DNA of 63,740 nucleotides, counting the filler, from Phoronis australis (Eukaryota > Animalia > Phoronida), in assembly GCA_002633005.1 (NCBI GenBank). It is 13 parts of 13 records of this genome, joined end to end, with 100 filler letters (N's around TTAATTAATTAA, not from the genome) between each part and the next. Parts side by side here need not be neighbours in the genome. Positions count along the whole stretch, not along the records: positions 1 to 12,986 come from NMRA01000419.1; 12 more parts are not named here. The stretch is one strand, 5' to 3'. The position numbers were made by a program, and so were the translations under genes. This document shows, piece after piece, positions 1 through 11,789 of this stretch (positions within the stretch are counted from its first letter, which is position 1; each line of letters opens with the position of its first letter). A model generated the notes under the pieces. The model searched no databases. It saw only the letters and a program-made list of their open reading frames with translations, and was not told the origin of the DNA.

Positions 1-316
1 GTCGGGATACTAAATTCTTTGTAAACATTTCATTCGTTTGTAGTATTTACAACGATTTTTTTCAAACTTTTTGCACGAGTTGAAAGTTAATAACTTTTTG
101 AACTCCATGTCACATCAAAAAACCGGCTTAAACGGCATTAAGAGGTTTTTTTCTTCTATAACTCGGACCATAGGCCTTTAAAGTTACTCGCGTTCCCTAA
201 ATTTTGTTGACAATGCTGCATTCCGGACACTCCTCCAACTGCAGTTCAAGTCGCCATCTTGTCCGACAAACATTAGCGGCTGTGGGACAAAACACGTTCA
301 ACTACAATGTTTATTT

Positions 317-488
317 TAAATGGCCAAGAGCCAAGAGGTGTTGTTATGGTGTGTGTAATTCAGACAGTCGTTATACCGACAGAGATGAAAGTCCTGTCAA
401 TTTTTGGCCTTTCTCAAAGCCTAAAAGTGACGCGGCAATGAGCAAACGGTGGATTAATTCACTGTGTGTACACCCGCCCCGTTTTTAG
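317..488 (+). pseudogene. THAP zinc-finger N-terminal fragment (transposase-derived), cut off by a MITE
   Basis: Reads KRCCYGVCNSDSRY...VNFWPFSKPK...KRWINSLC, i.e. the THAP CxxxxC, F-x-F and W positions. The C/H second half is missing because the sequence switches to a GGGGCTCGAA-type MITE at about 470-575. Confidence 0.6.
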
Positions 489-1587
489 TCCTCGTTGATG
501 TCTTTCCGTAAAAGGTCCGCATAACGAAAAATTCGAGCCCCCTATAATTTCAGGCTGGTTGCCCGCATGTATAACCATGCATATGAACCATTTCCATAGC
601 ACTGACGAAAACGAGTCAAAATATAGTCAATCAAGAGTCAAAATGCATTGCATGCCTACTTACTTAGAGGCTCTTACATCTACTGTATACTGACTGTGAG
701 TGTTGTTATAGGTCTAATTCCTATTCCTTCGTAACTCCTATTGGCCCTGTCGAGCAAGGCTCGTAATGTTGTTATTATTTCGACAATGAAGTGTCAGTAA
801 AAGCCAAAGAGAAGGATTGAAAACTTTATTGTGAACAAAGATCGGAGAAAATGCATATTAATTACTGAAAATACGTAGCATTTTGGCGCTACGCGTGGCA
901 CTACAGAAACGGCAAGCACGTAGCGAATACGCAGTGCCCGTATTGACATGTACCTAGCATAATAACTCAGATATATACCAAACAACAGATTGGGAACATT
1001 CCGCAGTCGGCAAGTGTGCTTTGTTTAGTCTGTCTTAGGAGGTCATAATCACGGTCACCACTCAAGTACTGACCGGGATAGGCTGGTGTAGGCTTCATCA
1101 AAATAAATACCTTTTAAATGTTAATTTGAATGGTTACAGTTATTCCGAATTTGGGCCTGTTACTTGTATCTGTCACGGCGCCGGGTCGACCATTGGCGAT
1201 CACTGGACACAAAATTCTCGGCTAAACTGTTACAGTTACAGCTCAGTAGGTTTCTTCATCCCCTCAATATTTTAGTAAATCGTTCGCTTTACTTTGAGGA
1301 AAGAACTGTTATTCATTAAGGATTTTTACTATTATTTTAACCGCATTCGTGCAGTTTTCGTTTGTCGAGGCTGGTGTCAACTCTATGAGGCTCGTCGGAT
1401 TTGCGTTGACTTCTGAAACATCAGCTGTTTACATGTCAGGTGTCCTCGACGTAAATCTTCACCTCGTTCCCGTAGGAACCTTTTCTAAAGGCTCTTGCCT
1501 TTTGTCTTTGTCATGGCGAGATTCATAGGGAAGATAATGTTCGCATAAGTCTGTGTGAATATCATTTAGCACACCGGTCTTGCTTGA

Positions 1588-1820
1588 CGAACCAATCATT
1601 CTCTGCTGCCAGATTTCCACGTCACGTGACATTATAGGCGTTGCGATCTTCTGGTTGGCGAGTCAAGTATTCAAACAACCCACTTACGTGAGCATTCGAA
1701 TGTTTATATAGTTCAATGCTGATCAAGTTCGGAACAGAAAAAAAAACAGAAAGTGAAAGATAAATATAAAGCTGGAGTGAATAACGTTACAATAGCATCA
1801 GCAACAGGAAACTAGGACCA
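1588..1820 (+). promoter_or_regulatory. Probable Pol II promoter and non-coding first exon of the glycosyltransferase-like gene
   Basis: CCAAT box (ACCAATCA, 1591), CACGTCACGTGAC E-box/CRE-like site (1618-1630), TATA-like TTTATATA (about 1703), then a strong donor CA|GTAAGT at 1820/1821. A polypyrimidine acceptor ends at 3588. Confidence 0.4.
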
Positions 1821-3626
1821 GTAAGTGGTTTGAAAAGTTAAGATACGTAATCGTAGTTGCTGAAAGGTCAGCGCTCTTTCAGAATGTCTGTTTGAGTTTC
1901 TGTAAAATTAAAAGGCATATTGCGAATACATGTGACTTTTTCAGTAACTTGAATTGACATCCGTCAAAAAGCGTCCAAAATAATAAAATGATGTAAAAAA
2001 CTATGATATGAAACTCAATCTTTTCAAGCATAACATTACTAGTTGATTTGCTCTTGGTATTTACTCTTTTCCGAAAGAAACCCTAAACTAAACGATTCAA
2101 TGGAATATGCTTTAGTCACGTGGTAGTTATGGATTATCTAATGGCATGTCACACTGTTTCATAATTACTCTCAATAGATCAATATTTCCATGTTATATCG
2201 TTATAGGACTATGCGTCTCGTGAAACTTGAAGAAAGTTTTTGCTTTTGTTGATTATGTGCGAACCGGTGAAAGACGCCTACTTTCGTGAGCTCTACCACA
2301 GAGAGGTGAACCTTTTACCTCAAGCAAGGGACAAAACGCCCTAATTTTTTTTTAATTTCGTTAATGACCAATGTTGCGCAATGTTTGTGCAAATCAGTTC
2401 ATAACAATTGAATAAGACACTGGAAGGGAGCCATTACTCACTAGTGTCGGTTTTGAAAGTTCTGTGGGATGTGAAAAAATGAACGTGCTCGCTTACATAG
2501 GAAAGACGTCTTGCCGCATCCTACTTTACCAAGCAGAGACCAGACAGCTCCAGTGATCAGTCTTAGGAATGCCTTTGCGTAACTTAACAACAGCACATAA
2601 TTGGTCCGTACATCCTGGGAACCAGTACTCGTAGTTAGTAGTAGTAGTAGTAATACACTTTATTCACTTTAAGTCAAAAACCAAAAAATACAGTTGATAC
2701 AGATTTACGCTTATGGAGACTCCGTGAAGGACCCGAGAGGTCCGCTGACCACGGAGCCACCAGAGAATAAGAAAGAAAAAATACAGCGTTACAGATAAGC
2801 AGACTCATCAGATTAATTTTATTTTATTTTTAATTCCATTTTACTTGGTTTTAGTGTAATGACGGCAACACATTCATCTCAGTGGCGGCGTATAATGCGT
2901 TGGTGTTATTTCGCAGTACGGGTAAATGCGCAACGGTCTATCTTTCAGTTGTTAGAGATAACACGATCCGTAGCCATAGGACTAATCTCCGCCCGTGAGT
3001 CCTGGTGGTCGATTTGTATATGACTTGGTTGTAGCGCCACCCCACGGATTATTTTCTGAAAGTATCCCGTTCAAGATCGGATGAACGTGGTATTGCTTTA
3101 AAAACGCTCTGTCATGTATCTAGCTTTTTTAGCTCCGGCAGCCAAGCGTTAGACTGCGACCGCAGGGCTTGCATGTTCGATTTCCGGGCTTTTACAGTTC
3201 TCAGAAGACCACTTTTCTCCACGATAATGTCTTTTGTATCAGAATCTGTCGAGAACTAGTGTCTCTTAATAGCAAGTGTTCATAGCGATGCAACAATTCA
3301 CAAGGAGAAGTCGAAGGTACACCGTCAGTTCCAGTTAATCAAACAGATAATTTAAGTTAATATTCTAGTTTTCTTTTTGTGCAGATAATAGTCAGTAGTA
3401 TATTAGTCTTCCTCTCTAGATCCACTGTGACTAAGCTACAGTGTATGCGTGTGAGACCTATCAAATATACTGTAGGCCTACCAATGTTCAGTAATTTCAG
3501 TAGTTTACACTAGACAAACCTTAAGAAAGTATAATTCTTTAGGATCGCAACATTTCTTTATCCACAAAAGTAAATTTTATTTTTTCAGATCACCCTGGAC
3601 CGAAGACCGACATTTCTAGATACAGG

Positions 3627-3933
3627 ATGAAAATAAGAGTATATCGGTTGTGCAAATTACTGACCTCTCGTTACGTGGGATTATGTTTCCTGATACTGAT
3701 GGCCGTATACGTGTTAGGGGCACACTTCAATTTTTTTGGGAAAAGGACCCAACAGGAGATATCTACTCTCTCCAGGTACATCATTGAGACAATACCACTT
3801 ATTGCCCGGCAGAGAATATCAGAGGTATTCAGAGTTTTTGAATGTGACTTGCCGCCTTCTCAACAGCAGACATTGTTATTCGCCAACAGGAGTTTACCGT
3901 TTTGCCCGTGCGTGTCTGAAGGTCTGAGTACAT
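3627..3933 (+). CDS. First coding exon of a type II membrane protein, probably a beta-1,4-galactosyl/GalNAc-transferase (GT7-like)
   Basis: Acceptor ttttttcag ends at 3588 and ATG is at 3627. Short basic N-terminus, one hydrophobic helix (VGLCFLILMAVYVLG), then a stem ending LPFCPCVSEGL, resembling the LPxCP..L motif of B4GALT stems. Donor GTAAGT at 3934. No catalytic exons found in this contig. Confidence 0.5.
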
Positions 3934-5178
3934 GTAAGTAGAAAACTATGATCCCAGTTTGAATTAAATGTCATTTTGTTGAATGTGAAATAAAAGTTAT
4001 ACGCATTCACCCAACTAATCACGTATTTTAATACGCGTAAAAGTTTATGTCAATATTCATAAGAAGTTAAAATTCAGTTTTCGGGATTCTAGCGAAGCTG
4101 TAAAGCCGATCGAGAAGTACAGATTAGTTGTATTGTAAACAGACTAAATTGCTATATTAACGGCGGTTCTATGCCACTGAAACAGAATTCAACCTGCTCA
4201 CCAGGTATTTTTAGGGTTTTTTAGTAAAGATTTTTAATTTCTGTTGATATCAAAGCGTTTTCTTTTAATTTCAAATTTCAAAAAAACGATCTGTCAACTG
4301 CTAGCCACGTCGCCTTTTTTCTCCCACAAGGCAAAGCGCATCCCCTTATTTGGCATGGCAAAACAGAGACGTAACACATTTCCTTTCAATGGAAAATGTT
4401 ACCTTTGACCTCAAGCTCCTTCAGGCAACTGAGTGTGGGCGCACGCGCGTATTTATCATGAGTGAGAGGGAGACTAGAAACTCTGAGGTAACCACGGAGT
4501 TTTTCCTTCGCGCGTATTTCAAAAACGTGAATTTTGTGATTTTTATGGAATTTTCCCCACAGGGGAAAGTGAATTACTCTGCACTGTAGTTGACGGTGCG
4601 AGATGGTACTTTCGTCAAGATTTGTTAAAAAGATATTTTTGACGAGCTTTCGCGTTCCATACCTCTTTAACTTTAATCTGCTTGGGCTTCCGTTTTGAGT
4701 GAAATGTTCACACATCGTTGAATCCCTTCATGTACGGTATATTTCTCCAGTCGGTATTAACTGTTGTTACGCTTGGGAAGACCATGGTGTGTTTTCGGGA
4801 TACGTTTTAAAGGATACTAAACCCTGGTTTTGCGATTTCAATCAGTGCTCATTCAGCCCCCTGATAATTCAACATTGACATCTCCCTTGATTGGAAAAAG
4901 CATGATTCAACTAAAAGCACATAATCAATGTGTCAGAGTGGATATTATGGTTGTTGACGGGTGGTTTTCCGTGCAATTGTACATTGTATATCTCACCTAA
5001 ACACAGGCGAGTCTTTCAACTGATTTTGAGGTGTTTTCAAAATTTGATAAGAATCGTGTTGTTTTAGAGAGATAACGGCTGTTAATTCGACAAGAGCGGG
5101 TTTAGTTCCCGTTTAACCGGCGTTTTTCACAGCTCTGTGAGTCGGTTATCTCCCCTAATAGAAAGCTGTAGCCTAACT

Positions 5179-5795
5179 CTCACTGGTTCCCTGCGTGTCC
5201 GCTAGGGGGTAGAGAACACGCTGGTATCATTCAGTAGCACGCGTTTTGTCACTGATTGGTGTAACCTCGGAAGTCGTTGGTTAGCTTTACAACAACGAAA
5301 GAAATTGGCGGACTGTGAAACGATGTTTAGCCTTGTCATGCGAGTGACTTGACAGTAAATGTTTCGTTTGTACAGTAATGTTTAATAGCCGCGTGCTTGA
5401 AGCACATACAATTCCCATACATCAATCCAATTCAACCGCTGTGTTATGTATACTGTGTTAATACAGGACAGCAACGCAAACAAAAGTCAGCGACAGTAAA
5501 AATGCGCTCCGTATTTTGGAAAGTTGTGGTTGTGCCTTTTCGGAAAAGGCACAACAACTTTCTGATTCACCTTTCTTGAACATGAATTGAGCACCGATTT
5601 GTCTGTAGAACAGACCACAAATTACACCCACATTTACACTTCCTCCGTCAGTCATTCCAATTTGTTTACGTAAAGCGCTACCTGTTAAGAATTCGACCAG
5701 CTAATCAGAAAAGCCGGTGTAAAAAATTTCCGAGGAAAATTAAGTGATACCTGCGCGTTCTCTACCCCTTAACGGACAGGCAGGTAACCAGCGAG
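5179..5795. mobile_element. Non-autonomous TIR element (MITE), about 50-bp TIRs; second copy at about 56054-56550
   Basis: Left end CTCACTGGTTCCCTGCGTGTCCGCTAGGGGGTAGAGAACACGCTGGTATCA matches the reverse complement of the right end CTCGCTGGTTACCTGCCTGTCCGTTAAGGGGTAGAGAACGCGCAGGTATCA. The interior aligns by eye to 56054-56550. Confidence 0.75.
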
Positions 5796-6379
5796 TAACC
5801 CAACTGTAACTTATTGCCAATGAAAATTTGAGCTAGAATAGATATTCGAGACTTCCCGAGATTATGGGAGATATTGCTGTGTATTTCAAATGAGAGCAAG
5901 TGATTGTTAGTTAGATTTGCCTCGCCGCTACGGTCTCCGGCTAAACAAATCTGAGCTATGTTTGCATGCGGATCCATGGGGTCCGCCCTCTTTTTCCTTT
6001 GATTTACTAGTGATATCAAATCTGGAGTTTTCAAATTGTTGACATGGCCTCCATTTTTAAAAATCCTTGATACATTCCCCTTTTAAAAATCCTAGATCCG
6101 CCCCTAAGTTTCACGCTTGCAGACGTAAATAACGCGCGTAAATAACAACAAATACTACAAGCCTGACTTAAATGTATGGGGTACACTTTCTTTATAGCTC
6201 ACGTGACCTTCAAAACATTTTTGATTGGACGTAGGACATCACAAGTGTGGTTGCAATAATCTTACGCGATTATGTGCACATACCAATGCGCATACAGTGT
6301 ATCCAGACGAGGCAGCTGTAGTCAATACACATATAAACCCTTTCACAAGCAGAAATGGTCACCGAACACGGAATACCGT

Positions 6380-8939
6380 TTCAAGCGCCCACATATTTAT
6401 TTGTGGGGGTATATTGTGCGTCCGTCGTTCGCTGTTTGGCGTCCTCAGCTATATCTCCTAAACCCCTTGCAAGATTTTATTGAAATTTGGCTGGTGGGTT
6501 CCTATGCGTCTAACTGCAGATGACGAGTTTTTAAACTCTTAAAAGACCTATCCGAGTACCACTGTGCCTACTAGTGGCAGTTTTTTTATTTTTTACCTTA
6601 GGAATTCCTTTATGGATTTTCGTCAAATTCGGCCTATAGGTTTTTAATAAGGATGTGATGATGCCATTCCATTTTCGGACGGATTCGTTTGATTTTACGC
6701 CACCTCGTGACCGTATTTGTTATTTTTGCGTCCGTTTTCTGGTGTCTGTGTTTCTATCTGGCGTGCCGCTTATTATGAAAATTTACAGGTGTATTCCTGG
6801 TGAGAAGGCCACAAATGACGTTGGCTTTCGGACAAATCCCAATTCTGTGTCGCCCCCAAGTGGCGATTTTGTTTTTTTTTTGCGTCTGCGGCTGAATCTC
6901 CTCAACCCTTTGAAGGAGCTTTGTGATGTTTGAAAGATGCATTCCTATGGAGCTGACGTCATACGGTAACTAGTGTCGAACTGATCCATATGCCACTGTG
7001 CCCCCTAGTGGCATTTTTTACGATTGCCTCTGTATCTTCGTAGATCACTATTGTATTTTCATGAAATTCGGCACATAGGTTTCTAATAAGGAGACGACAA
7101 CGTCTTCCCGCTTGCGGACAGATTTGACGTTTCTGTGCCTCCTTGTAGCAATTTTTGCTATTTTTGCGTGGGTTTTCTGGCGTCCGCCTTCCTATCAGCC
7201 TTACCGCTTAAAGGATCAGTATGGAAATTAACAGATATGTTCCTGATGAGAAGGCCACGACTGGCGTTGACTATCAGATAGATGCGACCAGTGTGTCGCC
7301 CCTAGTGACGATTTTGTTTTCTTGTGTCTGAATTTGAATCTCCTTAAAGGAGAAGGCAACCTTCTCTTTTCTAGTAAAATACGATTCGTTGATTATCCCA
7401 GACATGTTTTTCAGTTGATGATGGCTTCCCGTAATTTTATTAATTAGTCGTGCCTTACTCTGACTGTGGGAGTTGTCCACTCAGTCATTGTTTTACCTCA
7501 TTTATGATAAGTGTATTTTTGAAGCGAGTAGCCTCGCGAGCTTTGGCCTCTAGGGTGACTAGAGGCCCTTCATCTACCATCACCCGTGCCTCCGAACGTA
7601 CTCCAGAGCGTGCAAGTCCGGGAATTTGCAGTGATTCGCCCTGTCTGCTGGTGTTGTCTCCAGCGCAGAGCCTGTAAACAGACCTGCAGCGATGCTAAGT
7701 AGTGGGAGTGAACACAGGCCCACTTCGCCCAGTGATCAGGCCGGTGAGCCAAACTTTGATAAGTTTATTGTGGATGTGACTAAAGTATTGGAGCTATTTA
7801 GAATGTGCCAGGTGTGTGGCAAGGGAGTCACGCGGCGGGCTGTAAGCGGTTTGGGTGCTCAGGTCACCATCCAGTGGCAACAGCATTCCATTGAGGTGGC
7901 CATAACAACCTAGCTTGTTGTAGAATACGTGTCGATGGGAAGTGGTGACAATTTTAAGAAACCATGCAGCACAAAAAACAGTAGTACAGATCCGACAGCA
8001 AAGTTGAACGCACTAGGAACAAAATGGCGGGAAATTCTTAACCCGTTAAACGTCACTTCCGGAGTAGGGCACTACCAATTAATAAAGTTACGGGAAGCCG
8101 TAATTAACTGAAACATATGTCTGGGATAATAAACGGACTGCATTTTTAATGAAAACGACATGAAAAAGATTGCCTTCTCCTTTAGTCCTTTGAAGAAGCT
8201 TTGTGAAATGGGAAAGATGTGTTCCTATGGAGCCGACGACAAACTGTAACAAGTGTCGAACTGATCCAAGTACCATAGTACCCCCTAGTGACAGAAGGCT
8301 TTTTTACGTTTTCCTCTGTATCGTCAGAGTTCATTAATATATATACATGAAATTTGGCATACAGGTTCTATTAAGAAGACGACAACGCCTTCCCATTTTC
8401 GGACACATTTGATGTTTTCTGCGCCACGTGGTGGCCATTTAAAATTATGCTTTTGACGTCTGCCTCCCTATCTGGCAAACCACTCAAAAAATCCGTCGTT
8501 ATGAAAATTGACGGTTGTGTTCCTGATGCGATGAGCGGGTGACGTTGACTTTCCCGACGCGTTCGACTATTCTTGTGCCCCCTTGTAGCAATTTTGCTTT
8601 CTGTACGTCTACGGCTGTATCGTCTTCACCCTTTGAAGGCAGATGAGCTCCTATTGGCAACAGATGGCGATAATTTTGGACCAATCAGACTATAGCTGTG
8701 CCCCTACTCTTAATTGATTTCTACGTTTACCTCAAAATATCTGGAATTCTGGGCTTATTTTCTTTAAATTTGGCAAATAATTGTGTATTACAGAGGTGGC
8801 GCCTGCTTCTCAATACGAACGGGTTTGACAAATTCTGCGCCATCTAATGGTCATTTTTTGTAATATTAAAAACACTATATAAGCACACCGTTTTCAGTAC
8901 TGTCGTGGGCACACTTCAACGCTCGGCGTTGCTCTTGTT
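6380..8939 (+). mobile_element. Helentron/DINE-1-like non-autonomous element (HINE) with internal ~145-bp tandem repeats; contains a nested Kolobok derivative
   Basis: 5' subterminal repeat GCGCCCAC with a short hairpin and GTCC/GTCG microsatellite-like run (6385-6445). 3' end GTGGGCAC + hairpin CAACGC-TCG-GCGTTG + CTCTTGTT (8905-8939). Diverged monomers lie between. Confidence 0.65.
7348..8181 (+). mobile_element. Kolobok-type internal-deletion derivative (same family as 42384-44055)
   Basis: TTAA|AGGAGAAGGCAA...TTGCCTTCTCCT|TTAG. The interior 7510-7875 aligns to about 42965-43355 (RASERTPERA, GEPNFDKFIVDVTKVLELFRMCQVCG). It interrupts one repeat monomer of the host element. Confidence 0.8.
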
Positions 8940-9039
8940 GATATTCCTGTGGGTTTCAGGTGGGCACAACACGGAGTGAATTTTGTTTGTCTTGGGCAAA
9001 TAGTGGTCAGTGGTAAGTATTGAATCATATTTAACTATT

Positions 9040-10189
9040 TTTATGCACCCGCATAGGATCTTGATGACCTTTGGGAGATGAGTTCCTATAAAGCTGACCA
9101 CGGATGACGACGAATTTCGGACAGACCCGACTGCTGGTGTGCCCCATAGTGGCAATTTTAATTTTTTATGTTTACCACTGTATCTTCAAAGGTATTAAAG
9201 GTATTTTCATAAAATTTGGCATAGACATCATTGAGTGAGATGACGCTATCCTCACGTTTTGGATGGATTTGACGTAGTTTGTGTCACCTGACCTAGTGGC
9301 CATTTTTACTGTTTTCGAGTCCACCCCTCTATCAACAAAATCGCTCTAAGGATGATTGTGAAAATTGGCTTGTATGTTCTTATTATGAAGAAGACGGCTG
9401 ACGATGATTTTCCGACGACTTCGAGTACTGTGTCGCCTCCTAGTGGCAGTTTTTTGCGCCCATGGCAGTTTCTCCTAAACCGTTTGCATGATCTTTACTA
9501 AATTTAGCAAGAATATTTATTTCATGTTGACAGCAGACGACGACGACGACGACTTTTGGACGGGTCGGGCTACCGGTGTGCCCCCTTGTGGCAATTTTAG
9601 TTTTTTAAGTTTATCTCTATATTTTCAAGGGTCCTCAACGGATTTACTTAAAATTTGGACTAGAATTATCTATTGGTGATACGACGCTATCCTCCTGTTT
9701 TCGGATGGAATCGAAGTATTTTAGGCCACGTAGTGGCCATTTTTGCTGTTTTCGAGTCTGTTTTTGGCGTCCACTCCTCTATCAACCAAACCATTCTAAG
9801 GATGATTTTGAAAATTAGAGAGGACTGTTGACGATGACGACTTCGACTACTGTGGCGCCTCCTAGTGCTAGTTTTTTTGCGCCCATAGCTGTATCTCCTT
9901 AACCCACTGCAGGATCTCTATTAAATTTAGTAAGTGCATTCATATGAAGCTAACAACAGACGACGGCGACTTTGAGGCGTGTGTCCCCTAGTGGCAATTT
10001 CATTTTTTCCGTTTTCCTTTGTTCCCCTGAAATTCCTTGACAGATTTTTACGACATTTAGTAAACAGCTTTCTATTAATGAAGCGATGGCATGTTCCCAT
10101 TTTCAGATTGATTCGACATTTTTGCGCCATTTAGTGGCCATTTTTATGATGCAAATAATCGCATTTCAACGCTCCGCGTTGCTCTTGTT
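9040..10189 (+). mobile_element. Second Helentron/DINE-1-like element with ~145-bp internal repeats
   Basis: Starts TTTTTATGCACCCGCAT, carries the same monomers as 6380-8939, and ends CAACGC-TCC-GCGTTG-CTCTTGTT. Confidence 0.65.
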
Positions 10190-10256
10190 GTAATACTTCG
10201 AACGTATGAGCTAGCTTATTTTTAGGGATCCTTTTTCGGTTTCTGGCGGACCGTTT

Positions 10257-10515
10257 CCAGATTCCATTTTTGTCTGTCATTGGTCTTTCGGTGTTCAGTG
10301 CGGCAAGATTGCTCGTTTTAGAGCATTTTTAGCCGGTACCTGGAATTTCTAATCTAGACCATTTTTGCCCCCTGTAAATTCCCCAGGGGTCACACCCAGT
10401 GTGTAGACAACGGCAGATGTACATTTCTGTATATACTAAGGTTTAATTTCAAGTGCTCTGGAGGTCAGATGTTGGTACCTCGTTCACCTATGCTAAGTGC
10501 CCTGGGTTACCGGTC
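10257..10515 (+). repeat. Dispersed repeat; second copy at 61822-62056
   Basis: Shared blocks such as CCCCAGGGGTCACACCCAG..GACAACGGCAGA and GGTCAGATGTTGGTACCTCGTTCA..TATGCTAAGTGC are collinear in both places. Confidence 0.75.
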
Positions 10516-10816
10516 GAATAGGCATACCGGCCATGTATCCCTGCGTCAGTTGGAAGAACTGAACAGTTCTCATTGCGTTTTGCCTGGCTTTGTACACATC
10601 TCTGGATTTGCCGCCTGTCTTCCACTCTGTCCAGAACTCTAGGAACAAAATGAAAAGTTGTGAATCATTTCCCCTCAAGTCTACTACACGTGACTCATGA
10701 AGACTGACTTCAAACATGTTATTCTAACTCATATTTTTATCCCTTTTACTTCCACCGAAAACCGAAGTGAGGATCCGAAAATAGGGTGGCAAAACGCAAA
10801 ACTTGCGAATTGAAAA

Positions 10817-10931
10817 CTAGCACTTGTTTGCCAATATTGGACACGAGCCAACTCTAGCACTTGTTTGCCAATATTGGACACGAGCCAACTCTAGCACTTG
10901 TTTGACAATGTTGGTCACGAGCCAACTCTAG
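10817..10931. repeat. 37-bp tandem repeat, 3 copies
   Basis: Unit CTAGCACTTGTTTGCCAATATTGGACACGAGCCAACT: two identical copies and one with a few substitutions. Confidence 0.9.
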
Positions 10932-11661
10932 ATTCTGAAAGCAAATTACTACAGATAGCGCAACTGTTGTTCGAATGTGCTGCTATTCAACCAGATTTTT
11001 GTAATTCTTGGTTATTTGAGGGTTACCTGAAATAGCAGCGGATTGTCGCGAGTGTATGTTTGGTGAAAGTAGAATGAACTGCACACACAACACTGCACAT
11101 GTGCTGCTGAGTGCATGGGTCGTAAACTGATTTTTGTCGAACGATTGTATACTTCAGTTTACCTCCTGTAGTATTTTAAGTACAGGCGATTTTTACCAAA
11201 CAAAATCTGAGAACGCATCGAGTCTACTCCGCCCTATTCTTTGCTTCAATTCAACTCAAACAACAAAAATGCCCATCTCACTGTTTCGATTGGTGGCTCA
11301 ACCCCGAAATCTTCTACTCATACTTTCAGATTTTTCTCTAGTACATATTTGGACTTTAGCCTACGTTTGGTCCCTGAACTGCTGGTTTCCAAATGTACGA
11401 CTCGGGATTGTCTGCTGGAAACTCTGGTAGTGGCTATTTTATCATTTTGTATTGTTGTTGTTGTCTGCCTCTGCCTGCTAAACCTCCCAAATTACCAATA
11501 TGAAAAATAGCATATATGTATGTGTTCTTACTGAGAGAAGCGTAGATGACGATGACTCTCGGACTGCTCCGACTCAGTACTGTGGCGTCCTTAGTGGCAA
11601 TCCTTTTGTCTCCATGATAGCAAGTAACAGCATATGTTCACAAAAACAACAACGGTTTTAA

Positions 11662-11709
11662 AACTTGACATGTTTCGGTGTCATTTATTAAACACCATCC
11701 TCAGAAGTC
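11662..11709 (-). ncRNA. Minimal type I hammerhead ribozyme associated with the Penelope element
   Basis: Minus strand GACUU-CUGAGGA-U-GGUGU(uuaauaaaug)ACACC-GAAAC-AU-GUC-AAGUU. It has the CUGANGA and GAAA cores, a 5-bp stem II, a palindromic ACAUGU stem III, a GUC cleavage triplet and a 5-bp stem I. Confidence 0.8.
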
Positions 11710-11789
11710 ATAATACAGTGGCCACCTAGCTAGGCCCAGCAACAAGTAATGAAGCACAGATACAGTCAGTTACAGGGAGTGACAATGAA

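Noticed and set aside
3125-3190. tRNA-like sequence (also about 30225-30275 and 52510-52585)
   Set aside because: Only B-box or partial A-box matches with no complete cloverleaf. More likely decayed SINE heads than tRNA genes.
4386-4790. Possible fifth THAP remnant on the minus strand
   Set aside because: Only scattered words (CEHF, CRVIHF) in uncertain frames; too degenerate to support.
8607-8625. GTCTACGGCTGTATC resembling the 5S rRNA 5' end
   Set aside because: It sits inside a repeat monomer and nothing downstream resembles 5S.
10493-10717. WTEWKTGGKSRDVYKARQNA as a LINE ORF2 linker fragment
   Set aside because: Short, with no endonuclease or RT motifs around it.
10817-10931. 37-bp repeat as a CRISPR array
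   Set aside because: Units are contiguous with no spacers, there are no cas genes, and the context is eukaryotic. The same applies to 46083-46227 and 28416-28491.
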